Shown piece by piece: positions 29,208 through 38,669 of a stretch of 64,000 nucleotides of DNA. The position numbers and the translations under genes were made by a program. The notes under the pieces were generated by a model. That model had not been told where the DNA came from, did no database searches, and was given only the letters and a program-made list of their open reading frames with translations. Each line of letters starts with the position of its first letter. Positions within the stretch are counted from its first letter, which is position 1. This stretch comes from an uncultured Pseudomonadota bacterium (lineage in GTDB: Bacteria; Pseudomonadota; Alphaproteobacteria; RF32; CAG-239), in contig CASGEB010000002.1 of the NCBI GenBank assembly GCA_949300375.1, forward strand, positions 1,816-65,815, given 5' to 3'.

Positions 29208-30887
29208 TTATAACGGTGTTATCTCCGTATCCGGTTTTTTGAAAAAATGCATAAAGACAACCGGTTTGATGTCTGTAGCGGCATAAATCTTTTTGCGGAT
29301 TTTGGCCCGGATATATTCTTCAATGGCGCTTTCGCGATAGTTCAGTTTGACCACTTCTCCCGGAATGGATTTTATCATATCCGCCCTGATTTCCTCTTCC
29401 AGTTTATTCCAGGCATTTTCTTCCAGAATGTCAATGGAACTTATCTGCAAATCTTCCAACTGCCATTTTTCATCAAAAAAGGCGCTGATAAATACGCTGC
29501 AGTTATAGGCAATGCGTTTGCGGTTTTTAATCAGTTGCGACCCGAGGCTGGTCAGCTGTTTGCGGTCGACGCCCAGAATATCGGTCGGAACGACGCCGAC
29601 CAGTTCGTATCCGTCTTTATTAATCAACAGAACATCGCCGTTATGAACCTGGGTAACGTCTTTAACGCCGCATTCCAAAGCAAAACGCCGTTGCTCCCTG
29701 ATGTTGCGCTTGTCGCCGTGAACCGGAATAACCAGCTGCGGTTTTAACAGTTCATACATGGCTTTGATTTCTTGTTTACCGCCATGCCCGGTGGTGTGAA
29801 CATCATATTCTTCACTGGTTATGACGTCAACGCCGGCATCGCGCAGTTTTTCCTGCATCCGTTCTATTTTTTCCTCGTTTCCGGGAATAATCTTGGAGGA
29901 GAAAATAATGGCATCGCCTTTGCCGAGGCTGATATTTTTGTTTTCTCCGTTAACAATACGGGTCAGCCCGCTGCGATAATTGCCCTGCGACCCGGCACAG
30001 ATATACAGCATCTTGTCCAACGGAATGTCCGTCGCTTGTTTGGCCTCCACATAAGACGGAATATCTTTCAAAAAGCCGCAGTCTTTGGCAATGTTCATAT
30101 TCTGAATCAGGCTCATTCCGGCAATAACCGGCGTCCGGTCGGCGGCATGAGCAGCCAAAATCAGGCTCTCCATCCGGGTAATGTTAGAAGCAAAACAAGT
30201 GGCAACCAGCGTATTTTTGAAAGTCGGCACCAGCTTTATCAGATTTTCGCGGATTTCCATTTCCGACGGCGAAGGAGCTGTTTCCCGCATATTGGTCGAA
30301 TCTCCGACATAAAGGATAACGCCTTCTTTAGCGGCTTCGTGCAATGCCTGATAATCCGTGACCGACAGTTCGTTTTGCCCGTCGTCAAAACGCCAGTCCG
30401 TCGCATGGACGACATTGCCGTAGCGGGTGCGGATAATCAGCCCGCAGCTTTCCAAAGTCGAATGCACCAGTCCGGCAAATTCAACGTCAAAATTTTGCAG
30501 TTTGACGCGCGGGTGCGCCGTGGCCGAATGCAATTCAACCTCGTTTTCCAGCTTATATTCCCTTAAACGGTAAGCAATATGTCCGAGCGTAAAATCAGTG
30601 GCATATATCGGGCAACGCAGTTTGGGCCAGATATGGGCAATGGCTCCGAAATGGTCTTCATGCGCATGCGTAATAAAAATCGCCTCAATGTCCTGCTGAT
30701 AATTCTCCAGAAAAGACGGATCAGCCAGTCCCATTTCTATTCCGGGAAAGTCATCATTCAAAAAACCGTACCCGGCATCAACAACAATAATTTTTCCGTC
30801 AACGGCATAGGCGTACATATTAAAACCGACTTCTTCCGCTCCGCCTAAAGCAAAAAAATATATCCCCTCTTTGTTAAATTCGTTCAT
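29208..30887 (-). CDS. rnj: Ribonuclease J
   Basis: LGGAEEVG.NM, ITHAHEDHFGA, FASNITR, IPGNE, VHTTGH, IPVHGD. Confidence 0.93.
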   Translation of the reverse strand: MNEFNKEGIYFFALGGAEEVGFNMYAYAVDGKIIVVDAGYGFLNDDFPGIEMGLADPSFLENYQQDIEAIFITHAHEDHFGAIAHIWPKLRCPIYATDFTLGHIAYRLREYKLENEVELHSATAHPRVKLQNFDVEFAGLVHSTLESCGLIIRTRYGNVVHATDWRFDDGQNELSVTDYQALHEAAKEGVILYVGDSTNMRETAPSPSEMEIRENLIKLVPTFKNTLVATCFASNITRMESLILAAHAADRTPVIAGMSLIQNMNIAKDCGFLKDIPSYVEAKQATDIPLDKMLYICAGSQGNYRSGLTRIVNGENKNISLGKGDAIIFSSKIIPGNEEKIERMQEKLRDAGVDVITSEEYDVHTTGHGGKQEIKAMYELLKPQLVIPVHGDKRNIREQRRFALECGVKDVTQVHNGDVLLINKDGYELVGVVPTDILGVDRKQLTSLGSQLIKNRKRIAYNCSVFISAFFDEKWQLEDLQISSIDILEENAWNKLEEEIRADMIKSIPGEVVKLNYRESAIEEYIRAKIRKKIYAATDIKPVVFMHFFKKPDTEITPL

Positions 30888-30896
30888 TTACAATTA

Positions 30897-31625
30897 TTAT
30901 CCTTGTTTGTCTTCCTTATAAAATACATCACCGGCATAAATTTTTTGCACTATATCACCTTTTTGCAATAATAACAATCCATTATTGTCAACGCCGGCAA
31001 ACACGCCGCATTCCTCGCCTTTTTCCGTTACGACGCGGATATCTTCGCCCTGTCCCTTTGCCATTTGCAGCCAGCGGCGGCGGATGTTTTCAAAGCCGTC
31101 TTTATGCCATATATTGCGATTCTCGTCAAATTTTTTTAAATACATTCGCAAAAAATCCAACCGGTCAATTTCAATGCCGTTTTCTTTCAGACTGGCCGAG
31201 CGGTAGAGCAGGGTGCTCAACCGGGGTGCGTCCGTAATGTTGACGCCGATGCCGATGATAATATAGCCGTTTTCGCCGTTTTCCATCAGAATACCGGAGA
31301 TTTTTCCGCCGCCGACCAAAACGTCATTCGGCCATTTTATTTTAACCTCGGCGCCTAACCCGGCAATAACGTCTGCCAGACTTAATGAAACGACAAAAAC
31401 CAGCTGTCCCAGATCTTTCAGTTCTTCTTTAACGCCCAAAGACATAAATAAGTTCCCGTCAAGGCCGATCCAGCTTCTGCCCCGGCGTCCTCTGCCGGCA
31501 TTTTGCCGGACGGCCGTTGCAACAAACTTTTCCGCCGGCGGGCACGCACTCAATATTTTTGCGTCATCGTTAGTGCTTCCGGTTTCTTCTTTATCCTGCC
31601 AATACCATCCGTTTATCGCGGTCAT
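30897..31625 (-). CDS. birA: Biotin-protein ligase
   Basis: STN, QNAGRGRRGRSW, KWPND, KISGIL, GIGVN; conserved position after nuoN. Confidence 0.93.
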   Translation of the reverse strand: MTAINGWYWQDKEETGSTNDDAKILSACPPAEKFVATAVRQNAGRGRRGRSWIGLDGNLFMSLGVKEELKDLGQLVFVVSLSLADVIAGLGAEVKIKWPNDVLVGGGKISGILMENGENGYIIIGIGVNITDAPRLSTLLYRSASLKENGIEIDRLDFLRMYLKKFDENRNIWHKDGFENIRRRWLQMAKGQGEDIRVVTEKGEECGVFAGVDNNGLLLLQKGDIVQKIYAGDVFYKEDKQG

Positions 31626-31634
31626 CGCTTTCTC

Positions 31635-33050
31635 CTAAAATACCCTTATCAGCATCCGTTCAAAACCGCTCATCAAAAAGCGCGGCTGCACCAGGCTGAT
31701 AACAACCAAAATCAAATTAAGCGTCAGGCAAATATAAATACTCTTGTCAATTCGGTCAAAATTCATAATCGGCGAATCAAAATACACGGTTTTGACCACA
31801 ACCAGATAAGCGTTGGCCATCAAAATCAAAGACAACAACGCCACAGCCACCAGATAAAAATGATGTTCCAGCACCAGATTGTTGATGACGGACAATTTAC
31901 CGAGAAAACCAAGCATCGGCGGAGAACCGATTAACGAAACAAGAAACATCAGCAGAGCAGCGGCCAGATAAGCCTTCTGCTTGGCAATACCGGCAAATTC
32001 CCGCAGCTCAAACACATAGCGTCCCTGGCTTTTGAACCCGAGAAAAACGGTGTATATGCCCAGCATGGACATTAAATAAACAAGCAGATAAACAAACGAA
32101 CTGAACAAACTGTCGGTACTGAAAGTTATCAGGCTTATCAGAATAAAGCCGACGTTAAAAACGCTGCCGTAAGCAAACAGGCGCAGAATATTTTTTTCGC
32201 CGTTGGCTCCGACGGCGCCAAAAAACAACGATGCGACGGCAAAAATAATCAACGGTTGCTGAAAATTCCCGTATATGGGAAAGAAGACATTGATTGTCAT
32301 TGTGCAGAATGCGGCAAAATAAGCCAGAACCGGCGCCAACGTCAAATACCCGCCGACCGGCAGGATAGAATAACGGACGACGTCCAAAAACCAAAAGTGA
32401 AACGGCGCGGCGGCCATAAAGAACAACATCCCTGCCAGAATCATCGCCGCAGCATAAAGATAAATCCGTTCAATATCCGAACCCTGATGTAAAAAAGCAA
32501 AAATATCAAGATAATTCAGGCTTCCCGTCTGCCGGTAAAATATTATAATTCCTGCGGCCATCAGCAGCAAAAAAATTGCGGAAAATCCGGCATAACGATG
32601 CGCGATGACAAAAATACGATCTTCGTCAAGCCGTCGCAGAATTAAAAAATAAACCAAAATCGTATGCAAACCCAAAGCGCCCCACAACAAGGCAAAATTG
32701 TGTGCGGAAATTATAACATCGAGGCAAATAAGCGAACTGATGCTTAACATAAAATACCGAAAAGACGACCGCTCCTCGTGCAAAAACCAGCGGTATGCCA
32801 AAAAGAACCAGACAAAAGAAAACAAAAAGACTAGACATTTGAATAAGGTCGTGTAACGGCTGTTGTCATAAATTCCGGGCAATTCGCTTTTATCATAAAG
32901 GATAATGCTCAGTAGGACGGAAGCCAGCATAAAATATTTAGAAAGCGTAAAATAGGTTTTCGGGGTGGCAGAAGTCCTGAAAAGACGGATTAGTGCCAGA
33001 ACAGGCAGGCAGCAGCACAAGACGATTTCGGGCAAAAATGTTATCAGCAT
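31635..33050 (-). CDS. nuoN: Divergent NuoN-like antiporter-type membrane subunit
   Basis: AAPFHFW..DV, RLFAYGS, SLIGSPP..GFLGK; adjacent to birA. Confidence 0.8.
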   Translation of the reverse strand: MLITFLPEIVLCCCLPVLALIRLFRTSATPKTYFTLSKYFMLASVLLSIILYDKSELPGIYDNSRYTTLFKCLVFLFSFVWFFLAYRWFLHEERSSFRYFMLSISSLICLDVIISAHNFALLWGALGLHTILVYFLILRRLDEDRIFVIAHRYAGFSAIFLLLMAAGIIIFYRQTGSLNYLDIFAFLHQGSDIERIYLYAAAMILAGMLFFMAAAPFHFWFLDVVRYSILPVGGYLTLAPVLAYFAAFCTMTINVFFPIYGNFQQPLIIFAVASLFFGAVGANGEKNILRLFAYGSVFNVGFILISLITFSTDSLFSSFVYLLVYLMSMLGIYTVFLGFKSQGRYVFELREFAGIAKQKAYLAAALLMFLVSLIGSPPMLGFLGKLSVINNLVLEHHFYLVAVALLSLILMANAYLVVVKTVYFDSPIMNFDRIDKSIYICLTLNLILVVISLVQPRFLMSGFERMLIRVF

Positions 33051-33060
33051 AATGTTTCTC

Positions 33061-34494
33061 CTATCGGCCTAAAAACCATAACGGCCTGATAAACGAGGCA
33101 ATCAGGACAAAAATAATAAAGGTCATAAAGAAAAAGTATGGTTTGGAAATATCTGTAATACAACCTTTTTCAGGGCAAAAAGCGGAACTGTCTTTCAGCC
33201 GGTACAAATCCCCGAGCAGGGCGCCGGAAGAAAGAACCAGAGCGCAAACAACCGTAATCCCCAGATTAAAGCTGTTTTCCAACAGGCTTGAAATAATCAG
33301 AAAGTTGTTTAAAAACAACGAGGAAACCGGAAGCCCGATTGCCGCCAGAACCAGAAAAGAATATACAAAAGCCAGACGGGGTACGGAGCAAAGCAGGCCA
33401 TCCGTACCGAGTTCAAGTTTTTCCTGCTGGCTGCGGATATAACTTGAGACAAACTCCAGACCGGCGACAATAATCAGATAACTGAAAAAAGAAAAACCGA
33501 CATTCAGCATAACCAAGGTATTTTTGGACATCAGCCCCAGCATATACATAATATAATAAACGGTGATATAAGAGAAAAATTTATATTGGGTATCCCGGTT
33601 GATAAAGCCGATAAGCGCAATAAACAACATCGTCACAACGCCGATAATCTCCAATGCCGTTATGTAAAAAGCCGCCGAAACCGGAAATGTTTGCGGTAAA
33701 AAGCGGATTAATCCGTAAATTCCGGTCAGCGGAATCAGGTTGACGATAATAAATACCAGCGGGTTTTTAATGCTCGAACTCACACTTGCAATCCAAAAAT
33801 GAAACGGCCAGATCGGAATGCGGGATAAAAAGGAAATTAAAATCGATGCCCACATAAAGTGTTCCGTCCTGCCGTTAAAAGACAGCTGCGTTACTTTTGA
33901 TATTTCAACGGCTCCGTTTTGGTAGTTGTATAAAATGATTGTCGCCAGAAACAAAACGACCGCACCCAGAAAGTTGTAAAGGAAAAAGCGATACATAATT
34001 CCCTGACGGCGAATGTCTCCGAAAATGCCGATTAGCATAAATACCGGAAAAAGCATTGCCTCAAAGAAAATGTAAAAAGAAAACACGTCCGCAGCCAGCA
34101 AAAATCCGGTAATCTGGCTCAAAAACAACAGGGCAAAAACCATCATCGATTTTTGTTGTATCCGGTTATGCCGGACCGCTATAAACCCGATAATAAAAGC
34201 AAGATGAATAGACAGCAGCAAAAGTGCAGAAAAAACGTCAACTCCGAGAACAATGTCAATTCTTGGATTCTCCAGCCAGGTAAAGCGTTCTACCAGCTGC
34301 AATGCGGAAGATTTAACGTCCAGCCGGGAAAACATTCGCAAAATGAGCACAATATTGGCAATAACCGTAAACAGGCTGACGTTATAAACATTCCTTCCTC
34401 CGGTTTTTTCGTCATTTTTGGCGGCCAACACAAAAAGCATCCCCAAAAAGGGCAAAACGATAATAACCGACAACAGGTAAAGATTGCTGCTCAT
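33061..34494 (-). CDS. nuoM: Divergent NuoM-like antiporter-type membrane subunit
   Basis: LGVD..S, FYIFFEAML.P.F.LIG..G, PIWPFHFW, LA.IGLP....F. Confidence 0.8.
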   Translation of the reverse strand: MSSNLYLLSVIIVLPFLGMLFVLAAKNDEKTGGRNVYNVSLFTVIANIVLILRMFSRLDVKSSALQLVERFTWLENPRIDIVLGVDVFSALLLLSIHLAFIIGFIAVRHNRIQQKSMMVFALLFLSQITGFLLAADVFSFYIFFEAMLFPVFMLIGIFGDIRRQGIMYRFFLYNFLGAVVLFLATIILYNYQNGAVEISKVTQLSFNGRTEHFMWASILISFLSRIPIWPFHFWIASVSSSIKNPLVFIIVNLIPLTGIYGLIRFLPQTFPVSAAFYITALEIIGVVTMLFIALIGFINRDTQYKFFSYITVYYIMYMLGLMSKNTLVMLNVGFSFFSYLIIVAGLEFVSSYIRSQQEKLELGTDGLLCSVPRLAFVYSFLVLAAIGLPVSSLFLNNFLIISSLLENSFNLGITVVCALVLSSGALLGDLYRLKDSSAFCPEKGCITDISKPYFFFMTFIIFVLIASFIRPLWFLGR

Positions 34495-34497
34495 CTC

Positions 34498-36174
34498 CTA
34501 TCTCCCCGTATAAAGAAAAAGAATGCCCAGACCGCACAAGGCCAGCAAGATATAATTAATCAACGCCGGCTGATGAATCTTTTGTGAAACCTTGATTAAG
34601 AATTTTATCATATCAGAAAGAGAGTTAATTATGGTTCTTTCAATAATGACAAAATCTATCGTCAGCCATAAGATACGCCCTAAAACGGTTATCGGCGTTA
34701 AGACGACAAGCTCGTAAAATCGTTTGAAAAATTCTGCAAGCTGCAATTCTTCATCGGCATAATAGCGCGACAAACGGCGCAGCGGATGTATCGCCAGCAA
34801 CAGCAGGAATACGGCAAAAGCCATGACGGCGGTTCGGGAAATTTCCGGAAAGGGAAAAATATACCAGCCGCAAATCAACACTGCCGGCAGCCAGCAGTCT
34901 GCATAAGGCAGGGTTTTCAATCGTGCGCAGACGATTTCATCGGCTTGAGTCGTTCCGAAAAAAGCTTCTCTCAGAAAATGCGCCAAAGCCAGAGCCGTAA
35001 ACGATACAAACAAAACAACTTCAACGCGGGTTCCCGTTTGATTGTAATCAGAAGACAAGGTATTTTGAGCAAAAATTGCAAACCATAAAACAAAGAACAA
35101 AAACAACAGCCATAGATTTTTAAAAAAACCGCCCATTTTGGATATGTAAATTTCATCCGATGCCGCTGCGGACAAGGCGTGTATCAGCCCGTTTAAAGCC
35201 AGCATCAGCAAAAACAGCGAAAAATATGCCGAAAAGGAAAAATGAGGCGCCGCCAGAGCCATGGCATATAAAAATGCCCAGAACAGCATATTAAAACAAA
35301 GCGCCTTTTCTTTGATATCATCATATATCAACGTCCCGCCCAGGGCGTAAACGGCCGAGAGACCGGCTGCGGTACCAATTATCAAACGGCCGTATTCAAA
35401 GGCGGATAACAAAGGCAGCGTCTTTTCATAAATCAATATTCCGACCACTGGCAAACTGCTGAAACTCAAGAAAATGAGCCGGTTAAAATTCAGGTCGCGA
35501 AAACTCAGAAGTTGGTTATGAAATAAAAACAAACCGTTTTTTATCAACAGGCTTAAAAGGATAAGTCCGGCAACCAGTGGAATATGCTCGCCTTCGCGTG
35601 CATATTTTGTCAGAACGGAAAGTTCTGCCTGATGAAACTGGCTGTATATAATTGCGAAAGCCGTAAACAACGCCATATCGGAAATCAGATCATAAACAAT
35701 ATATGTTTTTTTCGATTCGTAATCGTTAATAATGTAAAGAGTCGTAATACTGATTAAAAAAGCGCTGATCATCAGGATAATCAGGTTATTGGCGCAAATC
35801 AGCAATAGTAAAAACGCCAAATTGACGCACATTAAACCGCTTAGGCGCAAACGGCGGATTTCCTGCCGTGAAAAAATATTGCAAAAAAGCGAAAACAACA
35901 ACACAATGCCTGCCGGTATCAAATAAAGATAATTGTGCTGGTTGGCCGAAAGATTGATGTCAATATGCAGGCTTTTATATTGTATCCAGTGAAAAACAAA
36001 AGGCTCCGTGTTTCCGGACAAGTAAGCCTGCCAAATCAGCCAGGCATAACTAGCGGCGCCCGCAAAAACCAATAAAGAAAAGAATCGGGCATATTTGTCT
36101 TTGGGAAGAAAAAACGCGGCTCCGCCCGTTAAAGACAGCAATATAAACAAATTTATCAGCATATTATTCGTCAT
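34498..36174 (-). CDS. nuoL: Highly divergent NuoL-like membrane subunit
   Basis: Many TMs; DEIYISKMGG, C-terminal FYE..V..P...LG..LW..ID..II and NYIL motifs; first gene of an L-M-N run. Confidence 0.7.
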   Translation of the reverse strand: MTNNMLINLFILLSLTGGAAFFLPKDKYARFFSLLVFAGAASYAWLIWQAYLSGNTEPFVFHWIQYKSLHIDINLSANQHNYLYLIPAGIVLLFSLFCNIFSRQEIRRLRLSGLMCVNLAFLLLLICANNLIILMISAFLISITTLYIINDYESKKTYIVYDLISDMALFTAFAIIYSQFHQAELSVLTKYAREGEHIPLVAGLILLSLLIKNGLFLFHNQLLSFRDLNFNRLIFLSFSSLPVVGILIYEKTLPLLSAFEYGRLIIGTAAGLSAVYALGGTLIYDDIKEKALCFNMLFWAFLYAMALAAPHFSFSAYFSLFLLMLALNGLIHALSAAASDEIYISKMGGFFKNLWLLFLFFVLWFAIFAQNTLSSDYNQTGTRVEVVLFVSFTALALAHFLREAFFGTTQADEIVCARLKTLPYADCWLPAVLICGWYIFPFPEISRTAVMAFAVFLLLLAIHPLRRLSRYYADEELQLAEFFKRFYELVVLTPITVLGRILWLTIDFVIIERTIINSLSDMIKFLIKVSQKIHQPALINYILLALCGLGILFLYTGR

Positions 36175-36253
36175 AAAGTCATTTTACTGCGACCAATATA
36201 ACAAAAAATAAGGGCTTTTAAAGCCCTTATTTTATCTTGATTGTGCATAAAAG

Positions 36254-36571
36254 CTATTTTGCCAAAGCTTCCAGGCTTTTGACAATACGAAGCGGAACCT
36301 TATATTCGCGCGCCACTTCGTCGCCGTCAATTTCAGCAATCAGAACTTCATCCACGGATTTTAACGGGACTCTGGCTTTTTCATTAATGGCGTCTAAAAA
36401 TAATGCGCTTTCGCGGCTGCGATACAAAAGAGCCACATCGCCGCCGTCATATACCATACGGGGATTCTCGGGGCCGCCGTTACGGTATTTTATGATAATC
36501 AGGATCTCTCCCGCACCATTTTGTAAAATATCGTATCTACCTTCTTGTTCTGAAATCGTATTATCAGCCAT
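36254..36571 (-). CDS. Hypothetical protein
   Basis: GAGG RBS before ATG at 36571; followed by hairpin AATAAGGGCTTTTAAAGCCCTTATT. Confidence 0.65.
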   Translation of the reverse strand: MADNTISEQEGRYDILQNGAGEILIIIKYRNGGPENPRMVYDGGDVALLYRSRESALFLDAINEKARVPLKSVDEVLIAEIDGDEVAREYKVPLRIVKSLEALAK

Positions 36572-36743
36572 GGCTTTCCTCATCAAATTATTATTCTGTA
36601 ATCTTCTGATATTTCAATCTGAAACTGATATTAACATATAATTATTAATAAATACAGCACAATTTTAATTTTTTTATTTTTTTTTGATTTTTTTTATTGA
36701 CTATCGTTCTTTTATCCCTTATACATACCTTCGTATTTGATAA

Positions 36744-36819
36744 GGGTGCGTAGCTCAGTTGGTAGAGCATTTGACTTTTAATCAAAGGGTCTCGGGTTCG
36801 AATCCCGACGCGCTCACCA
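36744..36819 (+). tRNA. tRNA-Lys(TTT)
   Basis: Cloverleaf: GGGTGCG/CGCGCTC acceptor, TTTGA-CTTTTAA-TCAAA anticodon arm, TTCGAAT T loop, encoded CCA. Confidence 0.97.
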
Positions 36820-36877
36820 CTTAAGGCCTTGTTTTTGCAAGGCTTTTTCTTTTATCTTCATCTTTTTATTTAAGATT

Positions 36878-36909
36878 TTCAGACTCTTTTTGAGTCTGAA
36901 TTCAGACTC
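36878..36909. repeat. Putative integrase arm-type binding repeats at attL
   Basis: TTCAGACTC (36878), inverted GAGTCTGAA (36892), TTCAGACTC (36901). Confidence 0.65.
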
Positions 36910-37194
36910 TTTTCTTGATGTCTGCATTTTTGGATGACATACGGAAGACTTTGTTTTGACGGATTTTTGCGATGTTAAAAGCCTTGTCAACCAATAATGA
37001 TGACATAAATTTGCTTTTATCTGAATACGACAAACAACATTAGCTTGTATCTGAATATTAAGTTTGGGAAACTAAACTTATAAAAATTTAAGTTTAATTT
37101 TTGTGAAAAATGTAAACTTAGCAAATATCTTTGCGTAAAAAAAAAGCTGCGTTTTTTTTACGCAGCTTTGGAATATTTTTTATTTCGGGTCTTA

Positions 37195-37482
37195 TTATAA
37201 ATTATGTCGTTTGTTATTTTTTACCGAAATAATGGTTAAAAGGATTATTCCTTCAATAATAAGTTCTGTGCAGCATGCGACGCCGGCCGCTTCTATATCA
37301 GAAATAAAGTCGGCCGTGGTGAAGGCTTTTATTGAAAAGTGAAAAAATAATATAAAAAGTGTTAACATTGATTTTTCCTTCTTGTTCCCGAGCGGGAAGA
37401 TTTTCTGATTGATTAAGAGGATTTTAATGATTTCTTCCTGTTCGGGAAGATTTTGAACTATTTCCATTTTGGAAAATACCAC
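37195..37482 (-). CDS. Hypothetical prophage membrane protein
   Basis: Last ORF of the leftward operon; hydrophobic segments; hairpin at ~37141-37169. Confidence 0.45.
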   Translation of the reverse strand: MVFSKMEIVQNLPEQEEIIKILLINQKIFPLGNKKEKSMLTLFILFFHFSIKAFTTADFISDIEAAGVACCTELIIEGIILLTIISVKNNKRHNL

Positions 37483-37964
37483 TTCTTTATTTCTTCAGCT
37501 TTCCTCAAAACCTCTTCCGGTTTTACAGCTTCCCGGCAGGTATCTTGCTGAGCTTTCTCATTAAGCTGGAACAAGACTTCATTCCGGTAATATATGAGCG
37601 TTGTTCCAGGGAAATAGATTTTTAAAGTGTTATATTCCGGAACGTCTATATCAAATTTATTTTGCTGAAGCTTTTGAATAAGATCATCAAAGGTCAGGTG
37701 TTCGGAATTTCCGAACTGTTCGCCCAAACGGATTGCCCAGACCTCCGGAAGCTGAAGGTCGTTTTTTTCGGTAGTGCGGACGATTTCCTTAATTCGAAAG
37801 CGGTATTCTCCCTTATAACCGCAGGTAAATACGGCAACATCATATTGTTTGCCGATTAACCGGCTGTTCCAATAGGGTTTTATTTCCCGGTATTCGGTTG
37901 TCTTCTCTCCGGAGAGGATTTTGGCCAACCATTCTTTTTTTATCGGAAGTCTGAGCTCTTTCAT
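37458..37964 (-). CDS. ASCH domain protein with C-terminal extension
   Basis: L.LPIKKEWL..ILSGEKTTEYREIKPYW..RL is the ASCH GxKxxExR motif; GAGGG RBS before ATG 37964. Confidence 0.85.
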   Translation of the reverse strand: MKELRLPIKKEWLAKILSGEKTTEYREIKPYWNSRLIGKQYDVAVFTCGYKGEYRFRIKEIVRTTEKNDLQLPEVWAIRLGEQFGNSEHLTFDDLIQKLQQNKFDIDVPEYNTLKIYFPGTTLIYYRNEVLFQLNEKAQQDTCREAVKPEEVLRKAEEIKKWYFPKWK

Positions 37965-37974
37965 TTGTTTGCCC

Positions 37975-38271
37975 TCACTGAAGCCCTGTTTTAAGCAGCA
38001 TCTCAATTTCTTTAACAGCTTCGTCCCTAACTTTTCTTAACTTTTTGGGAAGTTTCAACTCTAAAAAAGCCAGAGCATGGACAATATCTGCTTCTGGTCC
38101 AAACAAACCAAAGACGTTGTTGTTTGGTTCGTTTTTATAAAATGCCAAAAATACACCGTGAGAAAATTCTTCGAGATTAAGTGTTCTCCCTTGAAGTCCT
38201 GTGTCTAATTCTTCCCGGGTTACCATATAATTATTCATATCTTGTCCCAAAATGTTTTGATTGTCAGACAT
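37975..38271 (-). CDS. Hypothetical prophage protein
   Basis: AAAGGAGA RBS; co-oriented within the operon. Confidence 0.65.
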   Translation of the reverse strand: MSDNQNILGQDMNNYMVTREELDTGLQGRTLNLEEFSHGVFLAFYKNEPNNNVFGLFGPEADIVHALAFLELKLPKKLRKVRDEAVKEIEMLLKTGLQ

Positions 38272-38303
38272 TACATTCTCCTTTGCCTGTGTGAATAAAG
38301 GTT

Positions 38304-38657
38304 TTATACCGCTTTTTCTTCAGAAAAATATTTTCGTTCTGTAAATTCAGCTTTCTTGCCCTGGTTAAATTCGGATTCCGGCCGAAAATATCCCATGACG
38401 CGCGTCCAGATTTCGCAGCGTTGGCGTTCTTCGTCTTTCAACTCGCCATAGCGGTTAATCAGCTCACGCTCAAGCAAAAACATGACACGATCCCAAATAT
38501 CCAGCTCGGCAGGCGTTGCCTTTTCGCTGTCATGCGGATTGGCATTGCGGGCCCCGTATTTGCAAACAACGACAAGGTCTTCGGCCGTAATATCTTTATT
38601 GTCGACCATGTCGTTTAAAATCATTAAAATTTTTTGAAAATCAGTTTGTTGCTGCAT
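38304..38657 (-). CDS. Small protein with a C-terminal NrdD-type glycyl-radical motif
   Basis: ERQRCEIWTRVMGYFRPESEFNQGKKAEF.ERK. Confidence 0.75.
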   Translation of the reverse strand: MQQQTDFQKILMILNDMVDNKDITAEDLVVVCKYGARNANPHDSEKATPAELDIWDRVMFLLERELINRYGELKDEERQRCEIWTRVMGYFRPESEFNQGKKAEFTERKYFSEEKAV

Positions 38658-38669
38658 TTTTTTGTCCTT

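Noticed and set aside
31635..36174. nuoLMN as pseudogenes or as an Mrp antiporter operon
   Set aside because: The ORFs are uninterrupted and near full length, the nuoN-birA-rnj synteny points to complex I origin, and no mrpEFG-like genes are adjacent.
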